NCBI GenBank assembly: GCA_977017575.1
Contig: CDRNVI010000055.1
Span: forward strand, 62,001-126,000
Direction of reading: 5' to 3'
Origin: Paramoeba atlantica
Lineage: Eukaryota; Protista; Discosea
DNA: 64,000 nt
Shown here: positions 21,815 to 32,254 of the stretch, piece by piece
Position numbering within the stretch: position 1 is the stretch's first letter
Layout: the number at the start of each line of letters is the position of its first letter
Notes under the pieces: model-generated
Databases searched by the model: none
What the model saw: the letters and a program-made list of their open reading frames with translations, nothing else
Told to the model about the DNA's origin: nothing
Made by a program: the position numbers and the translations under genes

Positions 21815-22666
21815 CTACACCGCTACCGTATCACTCGGATACCTCCCCGGGATAGATTCCTCTACCCCTTTTTCCTTTTCCTTCCCCCCCTCCCCCTTTT
21901 CCCTCTCCTCCACCCCTTTATCCCCACGCTGCCGATGCACCCGGAAGCCATAAATCCGAGGCACGTAGGCAGCACTCGGCCTGTTCTTATCCATTTCAAG
22001 AATTTCTTGATTCTTTTCTGTATTCCTTTCTTGATTCCTTTCTCTATTCCCCCTCCCCCCCTCGGAGAGCAGCAGCAGGTGGGCCGCCGTGCTCCCCCAG
22101 AAGGCGCCATCGAGCCCGCGGTGGGCGCGGTGGCTGGGGGCGTACAACTGCTCGCAGCCCGGGCAGAACACGCTCACCGCGCTCTGCCCGGGCTTGTCGT
22201 GGAGACCCACCGGGAGTACCCCGCGGGAGCGGCACCCCACCCGGGGACACACCCCGAAGTCCTTGTTTTGGAATTTGTCGAACAGCAGCCGCTGGCCCCG
22301 GGGGGTCAGCAGGAAGCGGGCGTGGATCAGACCGTAGAGGTTCTCCGCGTGGGCTTCCAGGGTACGGAGGGTGGACTCGGAGAGGGGGTCGAGCTCCGGG
22401 GGGGTTAAGTTTTCTAACTCCAGGTCGAGGATAATGTGGAGCGCGTGACGGTAGTGGGGGGTGGTGGCGGGGAGACCGGTAAGGTTGAACTCGTCCTCGA
22501 TGTAGTCCTCGTCGACGGCGCAGAGAAACTCGTTACCGCGCTGGGAGGTGTACCAGTGGATCCAGGACTCGTCGACGCTGGAGTCCTCGTCCATGCTGGA
22601 GCAAGGGCTGGAGGAGGAGGAGAGGGTGTCGGTGTCGTGAGGGGGGAGAGGGGTCGTGGGGGTCAT
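21815..22666 (-). CDS. CK2B: Casein kinase II regulatory subunit beta
   Basis: SWIHWY...GNEFLCAVDEDYIEDEFNLTGL, LYGLIHARFLLT, FGVCPRVGC, CPGC zinc site, LDGAFWG. Exact start codon uncertain. Confidence 0.93.
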   Translation of the reverse strand: MTPTTPLPPHDTDTLSSSSSPCSSMDEDSSVDESWIHWYTSQRGNEFLCAVDEDYIEDEFNLTGLPATTPHYRHALHIILDLELENLTPPELDPLSESTLRTLEAHAENLYGLIHARFLLTPRGQRLLFDKFQNKDFGVCPRVGCRSRGVLPVGLHDKPGQSAVSVFCPGCEQLYAPSHRAHRGLDGAFWGSTAAHLLLLSEGGRGNRERNQERNTEKNQEILEMDKNRPSAAYVPRIYGFRVHRQRGDKGVEEREKGEGGKEKEKGVEESIPGRYPSDTVAV

Positions 22667-22907
22667 GGGAATAGAAGGGAAGGAAAGGGGTGCTTTAGTG
22701 GGTAAGGGGGATACGAAGGAAAAATAGTAAAACATGAACCACGATAAGGAAAACCCTTTTCTTATTCACGTGGATAGATCCTCGTCTAGTTTCATATTTT
22801 ATGTTTCGAACACCGATGCAACAAGACAGAAATACCCCTGTGTAGATTTTCACCGTCTTTTTTCCACCCCAACCCATAGCACTTCTCTACCCTATCGATT
22901 CACCCCC

Positions 22908-23561
22908 TCACACCCCCCTTTGCGTGCCAAAACTCCTTTTCAACACCCCCAACTGCACCACCGTCATCACCCCCAACCCCACCACCTCCGCGACCCCCCA
23001 CACCAACACCCTCGTGTTGGTACTCTCCACCGTATCCCGATGGTGTCTCTCCCGGGTCGCCACATACGCCTGCTCCCCACGCATCTCCTGCAGCCCATTG
23101 GTTATCCGAATCAGCCCCGCCTCCATCACCTGACTCCCTGTTACTCTGTGCCTCCCCTGAGTCAGCCCCCCCTCAGCCTCCACATCCCCCTCCCCCCCGA
23201 CTTGGCTTAGAAACGAGATGGTTTTCATCCCCGGGCTCACCCCTTTGTTGTTTTTAAAGCAAGTGGTGTAGATCCCAGGCGCCGGGGCCCTCAGCAGCAC
23301 CCGCTCCTCGGGGCTGCGCGGGAGACTCACCATCTCACTCCCGTCGGGGGCGGTGAGGGCGAAGGCGATGTCGAGACCCCCGCCCTCGGTGACGGTGAAG
23401 TGCTGGTAGAGCTTGTCGTTCGCGCGGGGGACCTCGACGTAGAGACACTCCTCGGCGCGCGGGGGGACGCGGAAGGTGAGGACCCCGGGGCGCAGGGCGG
23501 TGAGGGGGGGGAGGGAGGAGAGGGCGAGGAGGAGGAGGAGGGGGAGGAAGGGGGGGCGCAT
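22908..23561 (-). CDS. p24/emp24/gp25L (TMED) cargo receptor
   Basis: Signal peptide, GOLD domain (EECLY, GGGLDI, GIYTTCFKN), coiled coil, RERHHRDTVESTNTRV, C-terminal TM with FG. Confidence 0.9.
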   Translation of the reverse strand: MRPPFLPLLLLLALSSLPPLTALRPGVLTFRVPPRAEECLYVEVPRANDKLYQHFTVTEGGGLDIAFALTAPDGSEMVSLPRSPEERVLLRAPAPGIYTTCFKNNKGVSPGMKTISFLSQVGGEGDVEAEGGLTQGRHRVTGSQVMEAGLIRITNGLQEMRGEQAYVATRERHHRDTVESTNTRVLVWGVAEVVGLGVMTVVQLGVLKRSFGTQRGV

Positions 23562-24081
23562 GGGGGGATGGAGGAGAAGGTAAAAAAAGGGAGAGGGAGA
23601 AAATCGATGGGTTTAGCTGTGAAATGGGGTGGAAATGGGGCTTAGGAAGTAAATTAAATTTTTATTTGTCCTTGTTTTGGGTTTTAAGTGTTTAGGTTTT
23701 TGGGACGGTGAAATGAGATTTACCGTTACAGGTGCAGAAGAGTTTGGATTTCGTTTGATCGTTTAGAAGATTATATTTTGTGTTTAGTGTTCCATCAAAA
23801 ACAAATAGGATAATGTGGGCAATATGTATCACACAGCCATAAATCACTAAATTACGATTTAGAAATAGGTAAAAACAGAATACGAATAGCAAATAAACAA
23901 AGCACAGATTGTATCTCCTGTCTAAAGCTGTCTAACGCCGGAAAATAAATCAAAAAAGTATGCTTCCTATAATCGATACATGTGTCAAAATTCTTTTTTA
24001 AACCAGCCTTATCCTTAAACCCGACTTATTTTCTCTATTCTAAGATCACCCTTCCCGTCCGACCGACCTTATTCCTCACCC

Positions 24082-25707
24082 TTACGCCTGTTTCCGACGA
24101 CGGTGCCATGCATTGGGGCCGTACCGCGCAATCACCGCCGGGTCAGCGAAAATCGACTTACGGCACTCCGGCGCCCCACAGTTACACTCAAACGGCTTCA
24201 TGGTCTCATCGCAGAACGCGGCGTAGTCCATCGTGAGCTCCTCCCCCTTCTTAATATCCCGTGAGGCGATCATATTCAGCGAGTGCGGGGCGGCAAAGAT
24301 GGTACTCGGGGAGCAGCTGTGGTTGATGGGGCGCCACTTGGTGTGGTCCTCATCCCACACGGCGTAGATGTGGCCGTCATCGGAGAGCGGCCACGCGTAG
24401 CGCTCAAAGTCCGCCTTGCTGTCCTCGTCCCAGTGCTTCATCACGTACGGGCGGGTGACCATCGGCATCGGCTTGCCCTCGTCCTCGAACACCAGATCGC
24501 CCGCACGCAGGTCCCGCGCGGCCCGCAGGTGGTACCCCTTACGGGGGTCGAAGCTCACCACGTACCGCTTCGCGCGCTTCTCCTGCTCCAGAAACGCGGA
24601 CTCGATCAGCGCCTTGGTCACCTCCTGGTGTCCAAACTCCGCGGCGTTGTACTTCAAAATCATATCCGCCGAGCCCTCGTCCCCGGGGGCGTAGAAAATC
24701 CCCGGGTTCGGGTTGATCTCCAGAAAATACACCTCATTGGTGCGTCGATCCACCCGCAAATCACACCGCCCCAGCCCCACCCCTTGCAGCATACTCTCAA
24801 ACGCCACCTTCCCCACCCGCACCATCTCCCCATACGCCGGATCCTCCACCGGCACCGGAACCCACTCCATCTCCCCAAACGTCTTCCACTTCAAATCAAA
24901 ATGCTTAAAATCCTCCCCCTCCGGAAACCTCATCTGCACCGGCGGCAGCACCCTCGTCCCCCCCGGGGTCTGCACCGCCAGCACCGTCACCTCATCCCCC
25001 GTCACGAACTCCTCCACCAGGGCGCCCTGGAAACTCCCCACCGTCTTCCCCACCTGCTCCCAGCACGCGCGGTCGTCCCCGCACTTACTCCCCCTCGTCA
25101 TCCCGACCGAGTTAAACCCGTGGGGGTGTTTCACGATCAGCGGGTAGGCCAGCCCGTGGGCGCGTACCACCGCCCCCATCGCCCCCACACTCGCGGGGAC
25201 CTCCTTCAGTACCACCCAGGGGGGGCACCGGATGTTGGCGTAGTGGGCGAACATCTTCATCTCCGCCTTGCTGGGGTCGAAGTGGGGGAGGGCGACGCCG
25301 GTGTAGGGGACGTTGAACTCCTCGAGGGCGCGCAGGACCTCCTCCCCGGCCCGGTCCTCGTCCTTGGCCCCGTCGCACAGGACAAAGTAGCAGGCGTAGC
25401 GCTTGGCGTGGACCAGGGAGCGCAGGACGCGGTAGCTGGTGGATTTGTAGAGAGGGATGGTGGTGAAGGTGTAGGGGGAGGGGGGGGTCGTCGTAGAGGG
25501 GCTCGTCGTTGCTGTTGCTGTTGTTGTTGTTGTTGTCGTAGGGGGGGTTGAGTTGGGAAAGTAATGTGCAGGTGTCTTATCGTAGTCATCGAGTCCGGTG
25601 AGGGCGGCAATGGTGTCGCCGGAGGGATCGGGGGGTTGGGGGGTTGTGGTGGAGGTGGGGTGGATTGAGGGTTGGGTATAGGCACTTACGAGAACGGCAA
25701 TGTTCAT
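24082..25707 (-). CDS. ATP-grasp (D-Ala-D-Ala ligase-like) and SET/post-SET fusion protein
   Basis: YPLIVKH..G..S.G, LVEEFVTGDE, GRCDLR, YFLEINPNPG followed by INHSCSP, DIKKGEELTMDY and CNCGAPECR. Confidence 0.85.
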   Translation of the reverse strand: MNIAVLVSAYTQPSIHPTSTTTPQPPDPSGDTIAALTGLDDYDKTPAHYFPNSTPPTTTTTTTATATTSPSTTTPPSPYTFTTIPLYKSTSYRVLRSLVHAKRYACYFVLCDGAKDEDRAGEEVLRALEEFNVPYTGVALPHFDPSKAEMKMFAHYANIRCPPWVVLKEVPASVGAMGAVVRAHGLAYPLIVKHPHGFNSVGMTRGSKCGDDRACWEQVGKTVGSFQGALVEEFVTGDEVTVLAVQTPGGTRVLPPVQMRFPEGEDFKHFDLKWKTFGEMEWVPVPVEDPAYGEMVRVGKVAFESMLQGVGLGRCDLRVDRRTNEVYFLEINPNPGIFYAPGDEGSADMILKYNAAEFGHQEVTKALIESAFLEQEKRAKRYVVSFDPRKGYHLRAARDLRAGDLVFEDEGKPMPMVTRPYVMKHWDEDSKADFERYAWPLSDDGHIYAVWDEDHTKWRPINHSCSPSTIFAAPHSLNMIASRDIKKGEELTMDYAAFCDETMKPFECNCGAPECRKSIFADPAVIARYGPNAWHRRRKQA

Positions 25708-26038
25708 GGGTGGATGTGGGGGAGGAGGGAAGGGGCGTGTGGGGGTATTGGGGGGTAGGAGGAAGAAAGCGGTTGAGAGAGAGTGTGGGTGGGTGAGAAA
25801 GGTGTGAGGATAAATGGAGTACAGGGGTTGTGATTGAAAAGGAGGTTATGTGGGATGATGTGCTATTTTGGAAATTAAAGATTCGCTTTGTTTTTGACGT
25901 GGAAAAAATAGATATCGTGTGTTTTTGCTTTGCTTTTTATATATTCCGGATTAGATTCTCATTTCTTCTCGCTTTATACTTCGTCGCTTTCTAGTTTCAC
26001 GATACGTCATCTTCGTGAAAGCCCTTCAAAGCTACTTC

Positions 26039-26791
26039 TCACTCTGCCACATCGACGGCCATTCCAATTTCCTCGCGCGAGGCGGGAAGGTCATTGCCGT
26101 GGGCGTCCATCAACTTTTGCAGATTGGCGGCAGGAGTTTTCAACGTTTTCACTTTCCGTATCATGACATTTTGCAGCGGATACACTTGCGAGCCACTCTT
26201 CTCGATCTCGGAAACAATGGTCTTCGTGTGAAGCTTGCGTACGACGTTGTTCAAATCGGTTTTCGTTACGTGTTCACGCAAAATGTTGGAGATTCGGCGA
26301 CGGATTTGCTTCTTTTGGGAAGTGTTGGCATAGGCATTGCGACGCACTTGCTTCTCATGAGGCTTAGTGAAGGCCAACACAAAGAATCGGAGGCGATAGC
26401 CGTCGTTAGTCGTGGCATCCACAACGCACTCAATCAAACTGATCCACTTACGCACCATCGAGCGCAGCTTGTCTGAGGTGGTGTCCATGCCATAGAACTG
26501 CGTGAGACAGTTTCTTCCAACTATCTCCTCCACACGAAGGCGTATCTTCACGTGTCCGTGCTCGGGCTGATCCTGCAAATCGCTTAAAAACGTCTGGAGA
26601 ACGCGGTGACGGAGGTTGTCCGAAGCGAGACGTGTCCCAAACGTTTTTGTCACAAGAGTTTTCGCCGCTTGACGATTGCGAAACGTTACAGGTGCCAAAA
26701 TGTCGTACCACTCTTTGCGCGACATGGAATCCACCGTCTTCTTCTTGCCACCTTTGCGCCCCGTAACCTTCTTGTTTTTCCCGATTGCCAT
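26039..26791 (-). CDS. RPS3A: 40S ribosomal protein S3a (eS1)
   Basis: MAIGKNKK, KEWYDILAP, CLTQFYGMDTTSDKLRSMVRKW, IRKVKTLK. Confidence 0.97.
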   Translation of the reverse strand: MAIGKNKKVTGRKGGKKKTVDSMSRKEWYDILAPVTFRNRQAAKTLVTKTFGTRLASDNLRHRVLQTFLSDLQDQPEHGHVKIRLRVEEIVGRNCLTQFYGMDTTSDKLRSMVRKWISLIECVVDATTNDGYRLRFFVLAFTKPHEKQVRRNAYANTSQKKQIRRRISNILREHVTKTDLNNVVRKLHTKTIVSEIEKSGSQVYPLQNVMIRKVKTLKTPAANLQKLMDAHGNDLPASREEIGMAVDVAE

Positions 26792-26999
26792 AGATAGAAT
26801 GAACGACGAAGATGAAAATAAAAACTGTCAGATAGCAAATGTAAAAAAAAGATAGATCAAATAAATAGTTGTAAACAATAATGCAATTACCGTTACTCTA
26901 CCGCTAGATATATCCGGAAAAAAGTCTAAAATGGCAAAATTTGGGATATGTGCATACTAGGATATGTTACGTACGAGTAAGGTGAGACGAAAAAATGTT

Positions 27000-28100
27000 C
27001 GAGGTAATCGAATGTGACCCACAAAGAAATATCAATCTCAAAAAGATACCGAGCTCAAAAAGATATCAGAAGTCCTGTACTCAGATCGCGGTTGGGGCCT
27101 AACAGCACTCTCTAAGCTTTGGTTCGAATGCACTGCCACCGCGATGACTCAAATGAATAAATCCAGAGACATCAATGTCCAAGCAGCGCTACGTTCCCGC
27201 ATTGAAGAGGAGCAAAACAGGCGAGCTAGAGGGCAACTACGACCAGCATGCGAAATCCTCCAACATCTAAACGACGCAAAACGCGCCAAACAAATCATGC
27301 GGGAATATTACGAAGCGAAAATTGTACAAGACCTTCAGAAACGAGCACCGGTCGCAGCCCAATGGTGGACAACACCTTCCGAAACTGAACTTGCGAAGGA
27401 GTTTTCCGCCGTACTGAACAACCTGAACAGCACGAAGCTAACACGTTTTGCGACCTCGGTTCTACTTACCACTCCTTTACCCTCAAAGTCAAACCTTCGG
27501 ACATGGGGCCTTCACTTCTCAAATGCGACATGTGTGGTATGCGGAAAAGAAGCACAGACGGTACGACACGTTATTTCAGGTTGCAAAACATCTCTTGATC
27601 AGGGGCGTTATACCCTCAGACACGACACAGTGCTAGCTGAACTGGCCAAACGCATCCAAGAATCCCCGCATACAAAATACCAGCATTTTGACCTACTAGG
27701 TCACCGAAATCCACCACACTGGCTGCACAACAATACAAATCATCAACGCCCAGACGGATTCGTTGCACTGACTGACGGTACAGAATTCATCGTTGAGCTC
27801 ACTGTCCCCTGGGAAGAAAACTGTATGCAGGCAAATGAATATAAACGCCTCAAGTACAACGCCCTATTACACGAACGACGAACAGTGCACCCGAACACGT
27901 ACCTCCTCGTATTCGAAATTGGAGCACGAGGTGGTCTGGTAGCCTCCTCAGCGGATATTAATCGGTTGTTTGGAGGGGACGAAGATTTGGGGGCTAAATG
28001 TCGGGCGTCACTCTCCCGAGCTGCTATCCGTTCCAGCTTCTTATTATGGCATAAGCGTGATTCCCCGCAATGGAGCGATGCAGAGACACTGTCCGCATAA
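27000..28100 (+). mobile_element. 3' fragment of a REL-endonuclease non-LTR retrotransposon (R2/NeSL/HERO-like)
   Basis: LY..RGWGL thumb-like segment upstream of the ORF, LPSKSNLRTWG, C-x2-C..H..C zinc knuckle, QGRYTLRHD, REL RPDG..IVELTVPWEE...K..KY. No RT core. Confidence 0.85.
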
Positions 28101-28118
28101 GGGATGCACCTAACAGCG

Positions 28119-28409
28119 TCATATGCGCAAGTTAGTTACATCCTCAAAATACTCTATCTTAAAAGATATGATATCATCATCAAAAATTCCTAATGAGATT
28201 CCTAATGAGAAGAAGAGAGGTCCGAGGGGGTCACCTTGTCGGACTCCGAGTGTGCTGCGAATCATGTCTTCGTCTTGCAAGCGTAGGATTCCTGGTGCAG
28301 TATAGCAAAAGTGGAAGTACCCTATCAGTGCTCGGAACTTCGACTCGGCTTTTATCGCTTTCCCTATGCAATTGCGATCGATGCAGTTCAAGGGATTTGC
28401 CACGTCCAC
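28119..28409 (-). pseudogene. Reverse transcriptase fragment, CRE/SLACS-like
   Basis: GVRQGDPLGPLFFSL motif; the downstream YxDD region is disrupted. Confidence 0.75.
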
Positions 28410-28833
28410 GGTTATTAGGAGTCCACGGCTATTAGTATACGTTTAGGGCCCGCAAGTGCGACCCCCCGTCTGGGGGCTCGCTCGGGGGCGTCTACGTGAG
28501 GGTTTGGTGGGGGGTTCCCGTGGGGAAGTGTTTGCGGGTCCATTCGAGGGGGTGGGGGTGGGTCTACATCGATGTTCCTGCTTTCAGTGGTCCCGTATAT
28601 GCCGCCTCCACATAGGGCTATGCTTTGGAATTCGTCGAGCCATGCATTGTGCATCGCTAAGGAAGATGTCCACTGGAGACCCGAGATTTTCGATGTTCCG
28701 CGACGGTACTCTTTGAGAAGGTGAAAGGCGGTCACGCGAACTGCTCGTGAACGGATTTGTGTTCAGATAGCTTACACGTACGTTAGTCAAGGTACACTCT
28801 CCCACAAATACATGACTTATGAAAACGGGGGCC

Positions 28834-29124
28834 CGGGATAACATACCTGTAACACGATAACATACCGGGGGGGTATCTTAACGTGAACAGGGGTGGATAA
28901 CATACCCCCCCTCTGGATTTTGGAGTTTAGGGGTCAATTTTTATAAATTGAGATTTTTTACATGTGCAGTACTGATCATTTTTTCTATTTTTTTGTCAAC
29001 ATGAGCACTCAAGAACTGAGTGGCAAAAAAGTTAACAGCTTAACATGTAACAACACTGTAACAGCTTAACATACCTGTAACATGTACCTGTAACAAGATA
29101 ACATACCGGGGGGTATGTTATCCT
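28834..29124. repeat. MITE-like segment built from GATAACATACC motifs and G-runs
   Basis: Motif at about 28837, 28856, 28896 and 29098; inverted copy at 29112-29122 gives a perfect 11-bp hairpin. TSD not resolved. Confidence 0.45.
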
Positions 29125-29136
29125 GTAACACCGTTT

Positions 29137-29185
29137 ATGTGTGTGACTTATGTGTGTGTGTGTGTGTGTGACTTATGTGTGTGTG
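29137..29185. repeat. Interrupted (GT)n microsatellite
   Basis: Direct reading of the sequence. Confidence 0.9.
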
Positions 29186-29407
29186 CTCTGTCCTCGACGA
29201 GTTTTCGCTCTGTACTCCTGCCGGGAGTCGTGGCAGAGTAGGGTTAGTCGCTCGGAGATGTCATCTCGCACCCTCATAAAGTCGGCCTCGAGGTCCCTGG
29301 CTGCGTTCGCCAGCCTGTACGCTTCTACCTCCTGCGTAAGGCACACCGTCCTTGCGTCACCGATTGAAGAGGGCGCCAACAATCTCTGCGTTCTTCCTGG
29401 CAATGAT

Positions 29408-29446
29408 TGCTAGCTATGACAAAGATACAGTTTCTGTACCTTGTTG
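29408..29446 (+). other. Spliced-leader (mini-exon)-like sequence not followed by the SL intron GT
   Basis: tgCTAGCTATGACAAAGATACAGTTTCTGTACCTTGTTG: 39 nt, with GATACAGTTTCTGTAC identical to the conserved kinetoplastid SL core as recalled and a TTG end; followed by TTTCC. Confidence 0.7.
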
Positions 29447-29942
29447 TTTCCTATCTCATCTTTTCTCTCCCGGAAACGGGCATACTTTTACTGTTTTAAT
29501 GCCCGTTTCCGGATGGCGCTAGGAGAGGAACTGTCCCTCTTGTCGTAAAGTAGGGGTGCGCCTCCCTTTCTTCATTTCCGACCGCCCCGCTCGGAACACG
29601 GTTCCGAGTCCCCATGCGCTGCAGGACCCTTCTACGGGGCCACGCGGCGTTCCTTCCCCATCTGGGGAATCTGGTTGTCGAGATTTGAGACAAGCAGGGC
29701 ACCCACATAGTGGCAGTTAATAATTGAGGGGGTGCGGGTGGGGATTCGGTGCGGTCTTTGATGACATCAAAGTGTTTGTCTTCGGCACTTGTCTCAGGCT
29801 CAAGAGCAGTCAATCGCTCTTGCAATGCGTCATTGCTCTCAATAGACATATAATTTAGGAGAACATTTAACTGGAAAGGAAAAACGTACTGTTGTTAGTA
29901 AAAAGGATGAAAATGATCCAGAGAAAGAAACAAAGGAAAATA

Positions 29943-31134
29943 CAGGGTTCGCAGAAACTTTAATAAGTAAAATAAAGTTTTCTTTTTGCGAATAAAGTTA
30001 CTATATAGTACTTTATTGACTTTATTTTACTATAAATTTTTCATTTTTCAATAAAAGCGACAGAATACGGCTGCCTAGTGGAACAGTGGACTTTACTGAC
30101 GGGTGGCGTGGCAAAAAATCTGGCGGGGCAACACTCTGGACTGTAGAAGGAGTCTACAAAACTCCATGGGGAGTTATGGTGTATCCGTAATGGCTCTACA
30201 GGAGACGCGTTTGTCGTTAAAAAGTGGGGATCCGATTCTTCATCGTCGGCTCTACCTTGCTGGAAAAATCTATCTATCTTTTTATCTAAAGGGGTCCGGG
30301 AGAACGCCCTCGTCAACCTTTTGTTATTCTGACATATTTCATGCCCCCTGGCGCGATCGCGCGGCTCGTCCCGTCGAAGAAGCTGGCCAGAAGAGTGGGG
30401 AAGTTCGGGGGAAGCCTCAATGAAGGACGCGAATGTGACAGACAGTCAAATGCGATGTATGGTTCAGCGTCTCGGGCAAGTTTCGCACTAGTGTTGAAGC
30501 ATCGGGAAATTTCATATTTGTGTCCTTTGATCGCCGAACTCCCTTTTCTGATCGGGTCTCAGAAGTGTAAATTCTCAGCGCATCGATGCTTGATTTCCGA
30601 CGAGAGAGAGACCGCAGCGCTTGAGCTATTAAACTCTTTTTCTGCTCGTGCTGCGTGCTTCGTTTTCGTCAGAAATGCGGAGATATGTCGCGGGTCATCC
30701 CCGAAATGCGTGCTAGGCCGTAAAAATACACTCATCCAGGAAGCATTGAAAATTGCTCTTATGAATCTAATTCGAATAAACCTTTTTGGGGATCTCTTCG
30801 CAATGAAAATATAAGGGACATGTTTATTAACAACATTGCGAGCTCAATGCAAGGGAGCAGCAAAAGACCGAGAGATGTAATGGTTCATGTAATGTGGGAT
30901 AGGCTCTCGAGTGCGATAAAAAGAGCGTCAGAACAGCTACCCTTAATTAACCCGTACCGTAATAAAGCCCCGCACTGTACATTGGATGCTCAAAAAGTAA
31001 ATGTGCTAAAGAGCCGTCAGCCTCCTTAAAAAATGAAAGGGAAAAATAAAGTAAAATAAAGCTTTTTTTTCTTAAAAAAAATAAAGTTACTATAAAGTAC
31101 TTTATTTAAAGTTTTAAAGTTTCCGCGAACCCTG
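29943..31134. mobile_element. Non-autonomous hAT-like DNA transposon (1192 bp)
   Basis: TIRs CAGGGTTCGC[A/G]GAAACTTTA; 8-bp TSD GGAAAATA (29935-29942, 31135-31142); uninterrupted paralogous site at 59216-59223. No intact transposase. Confidence 0.85.
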
Positions 31135-31299
31135 GGAAAATATAGCTAGAAGAGTACATCGAATCGGAAATTCCACATAAAAATAACACATAAATTTATA
31201 ATATACAAATGTAGACTGGTTTTTCTATCTCTCCCCACCGAAAATACGAACCGTAGCCGAGGGTAAGTATATCTCTATTAATAGTTTTAGAAGACACGT

Positions 31300-31772
31300 G
31301 TATACCCTTTCTTTACATTTTTCCGCGAATCTTGCGAGTAGATCCATTTATAGGAACCCCTGCTAGGTCTAAAGGCTCAATAAAGCTTGTAACGAGATTT
31401 TTCCGGTTTTTGATTCGTTTTTTTGCTTCAAGGCTTAGAGTATAGTTTCTTTTATCAGGCGAATTATTTTTCAAATATTTTCTAATATATTTAACATTAA
31501 CATTAAACTCGCGAACTAGTTGCTTCTTCGCGACCCCCTGACCATACCTCATGCGCAATAACACCTTTCCGCTTTCTGTAAGACTACCCCTCTGGAGTCG
31601 ATACGTACAAAAACAAAAAAGGGGATATTTTCATTTTTTGACCTTCCAAACGGGCTAAAAACAGCGGGAACATGTATAGCTCAAAAATTTACACGATAAA
31701 GTGGTGTCATGACCTATACACGTCGCGTTGTGCACAAAATAAGAGGGGGTGCCTTTTTCATGTCTAGGAGTT
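31300..31772 (-). mobile_element. 5' fragment of a Tc1/IS630-family element, followed by a solo right end of another copy at about 31780-31901
   Basis: ORF 31313-31564 aligns with the N-terminus of the 53848 transposase; TA|AACTCC terminus at 31772; 31800-31901 matches the right ends at 34380-34471 and 56160-56256. Confidence 0.75.
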
Positions 31773-32254
31773 TATAAGGTTAGTGACCAAGTGTCGGAGG
31801 AAATAAATCCCAAACTGAGATCTGCAAAATGCCACTGAAATTAGCTCAAACAAGCAAAGCGTCGAAATTTTACAGGGGGTGCCTTATTTTCGCCAGGGGT
31901 TTATAAGTACTGTACACCCCCTAGTTATCTGTCGCTACTTTTCTAGAAAAGGTGACAGAAATAAATATATGAGGGGCTGCGGGTCGCAGGTTCGGTGCGG
32001 GTTCGGCGCGGGTTCGGCGCGGGTTCGGCGCGGGTTCGGCGCGGGTTGAAAAAAAATCCTCTGAAAGCATGCGAAATTAGCCGGAGCTGCAGACATTGAA
32101 GGAGAAAAATAGTTAGATCGAAGGAGAAATCATAATGTGCGACATACATAGTGTGCATAATATACGATAATAACAAAAATTTATAAGCCATGTATACGAT
32201 ATGACTACGTAGTTTACATTTCGCAATTCATGGAAAACGACTAGATACTTAATT

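Noticed and set aside
388-26797. Numerous + strand and alternate-frame ORFs overlapping housekeeping genes (e.g. 24283-25551, 21695-22408)
   Set aside because: Shadow ORFs of GC-rich minus-strand genes with no recognisable motifs.
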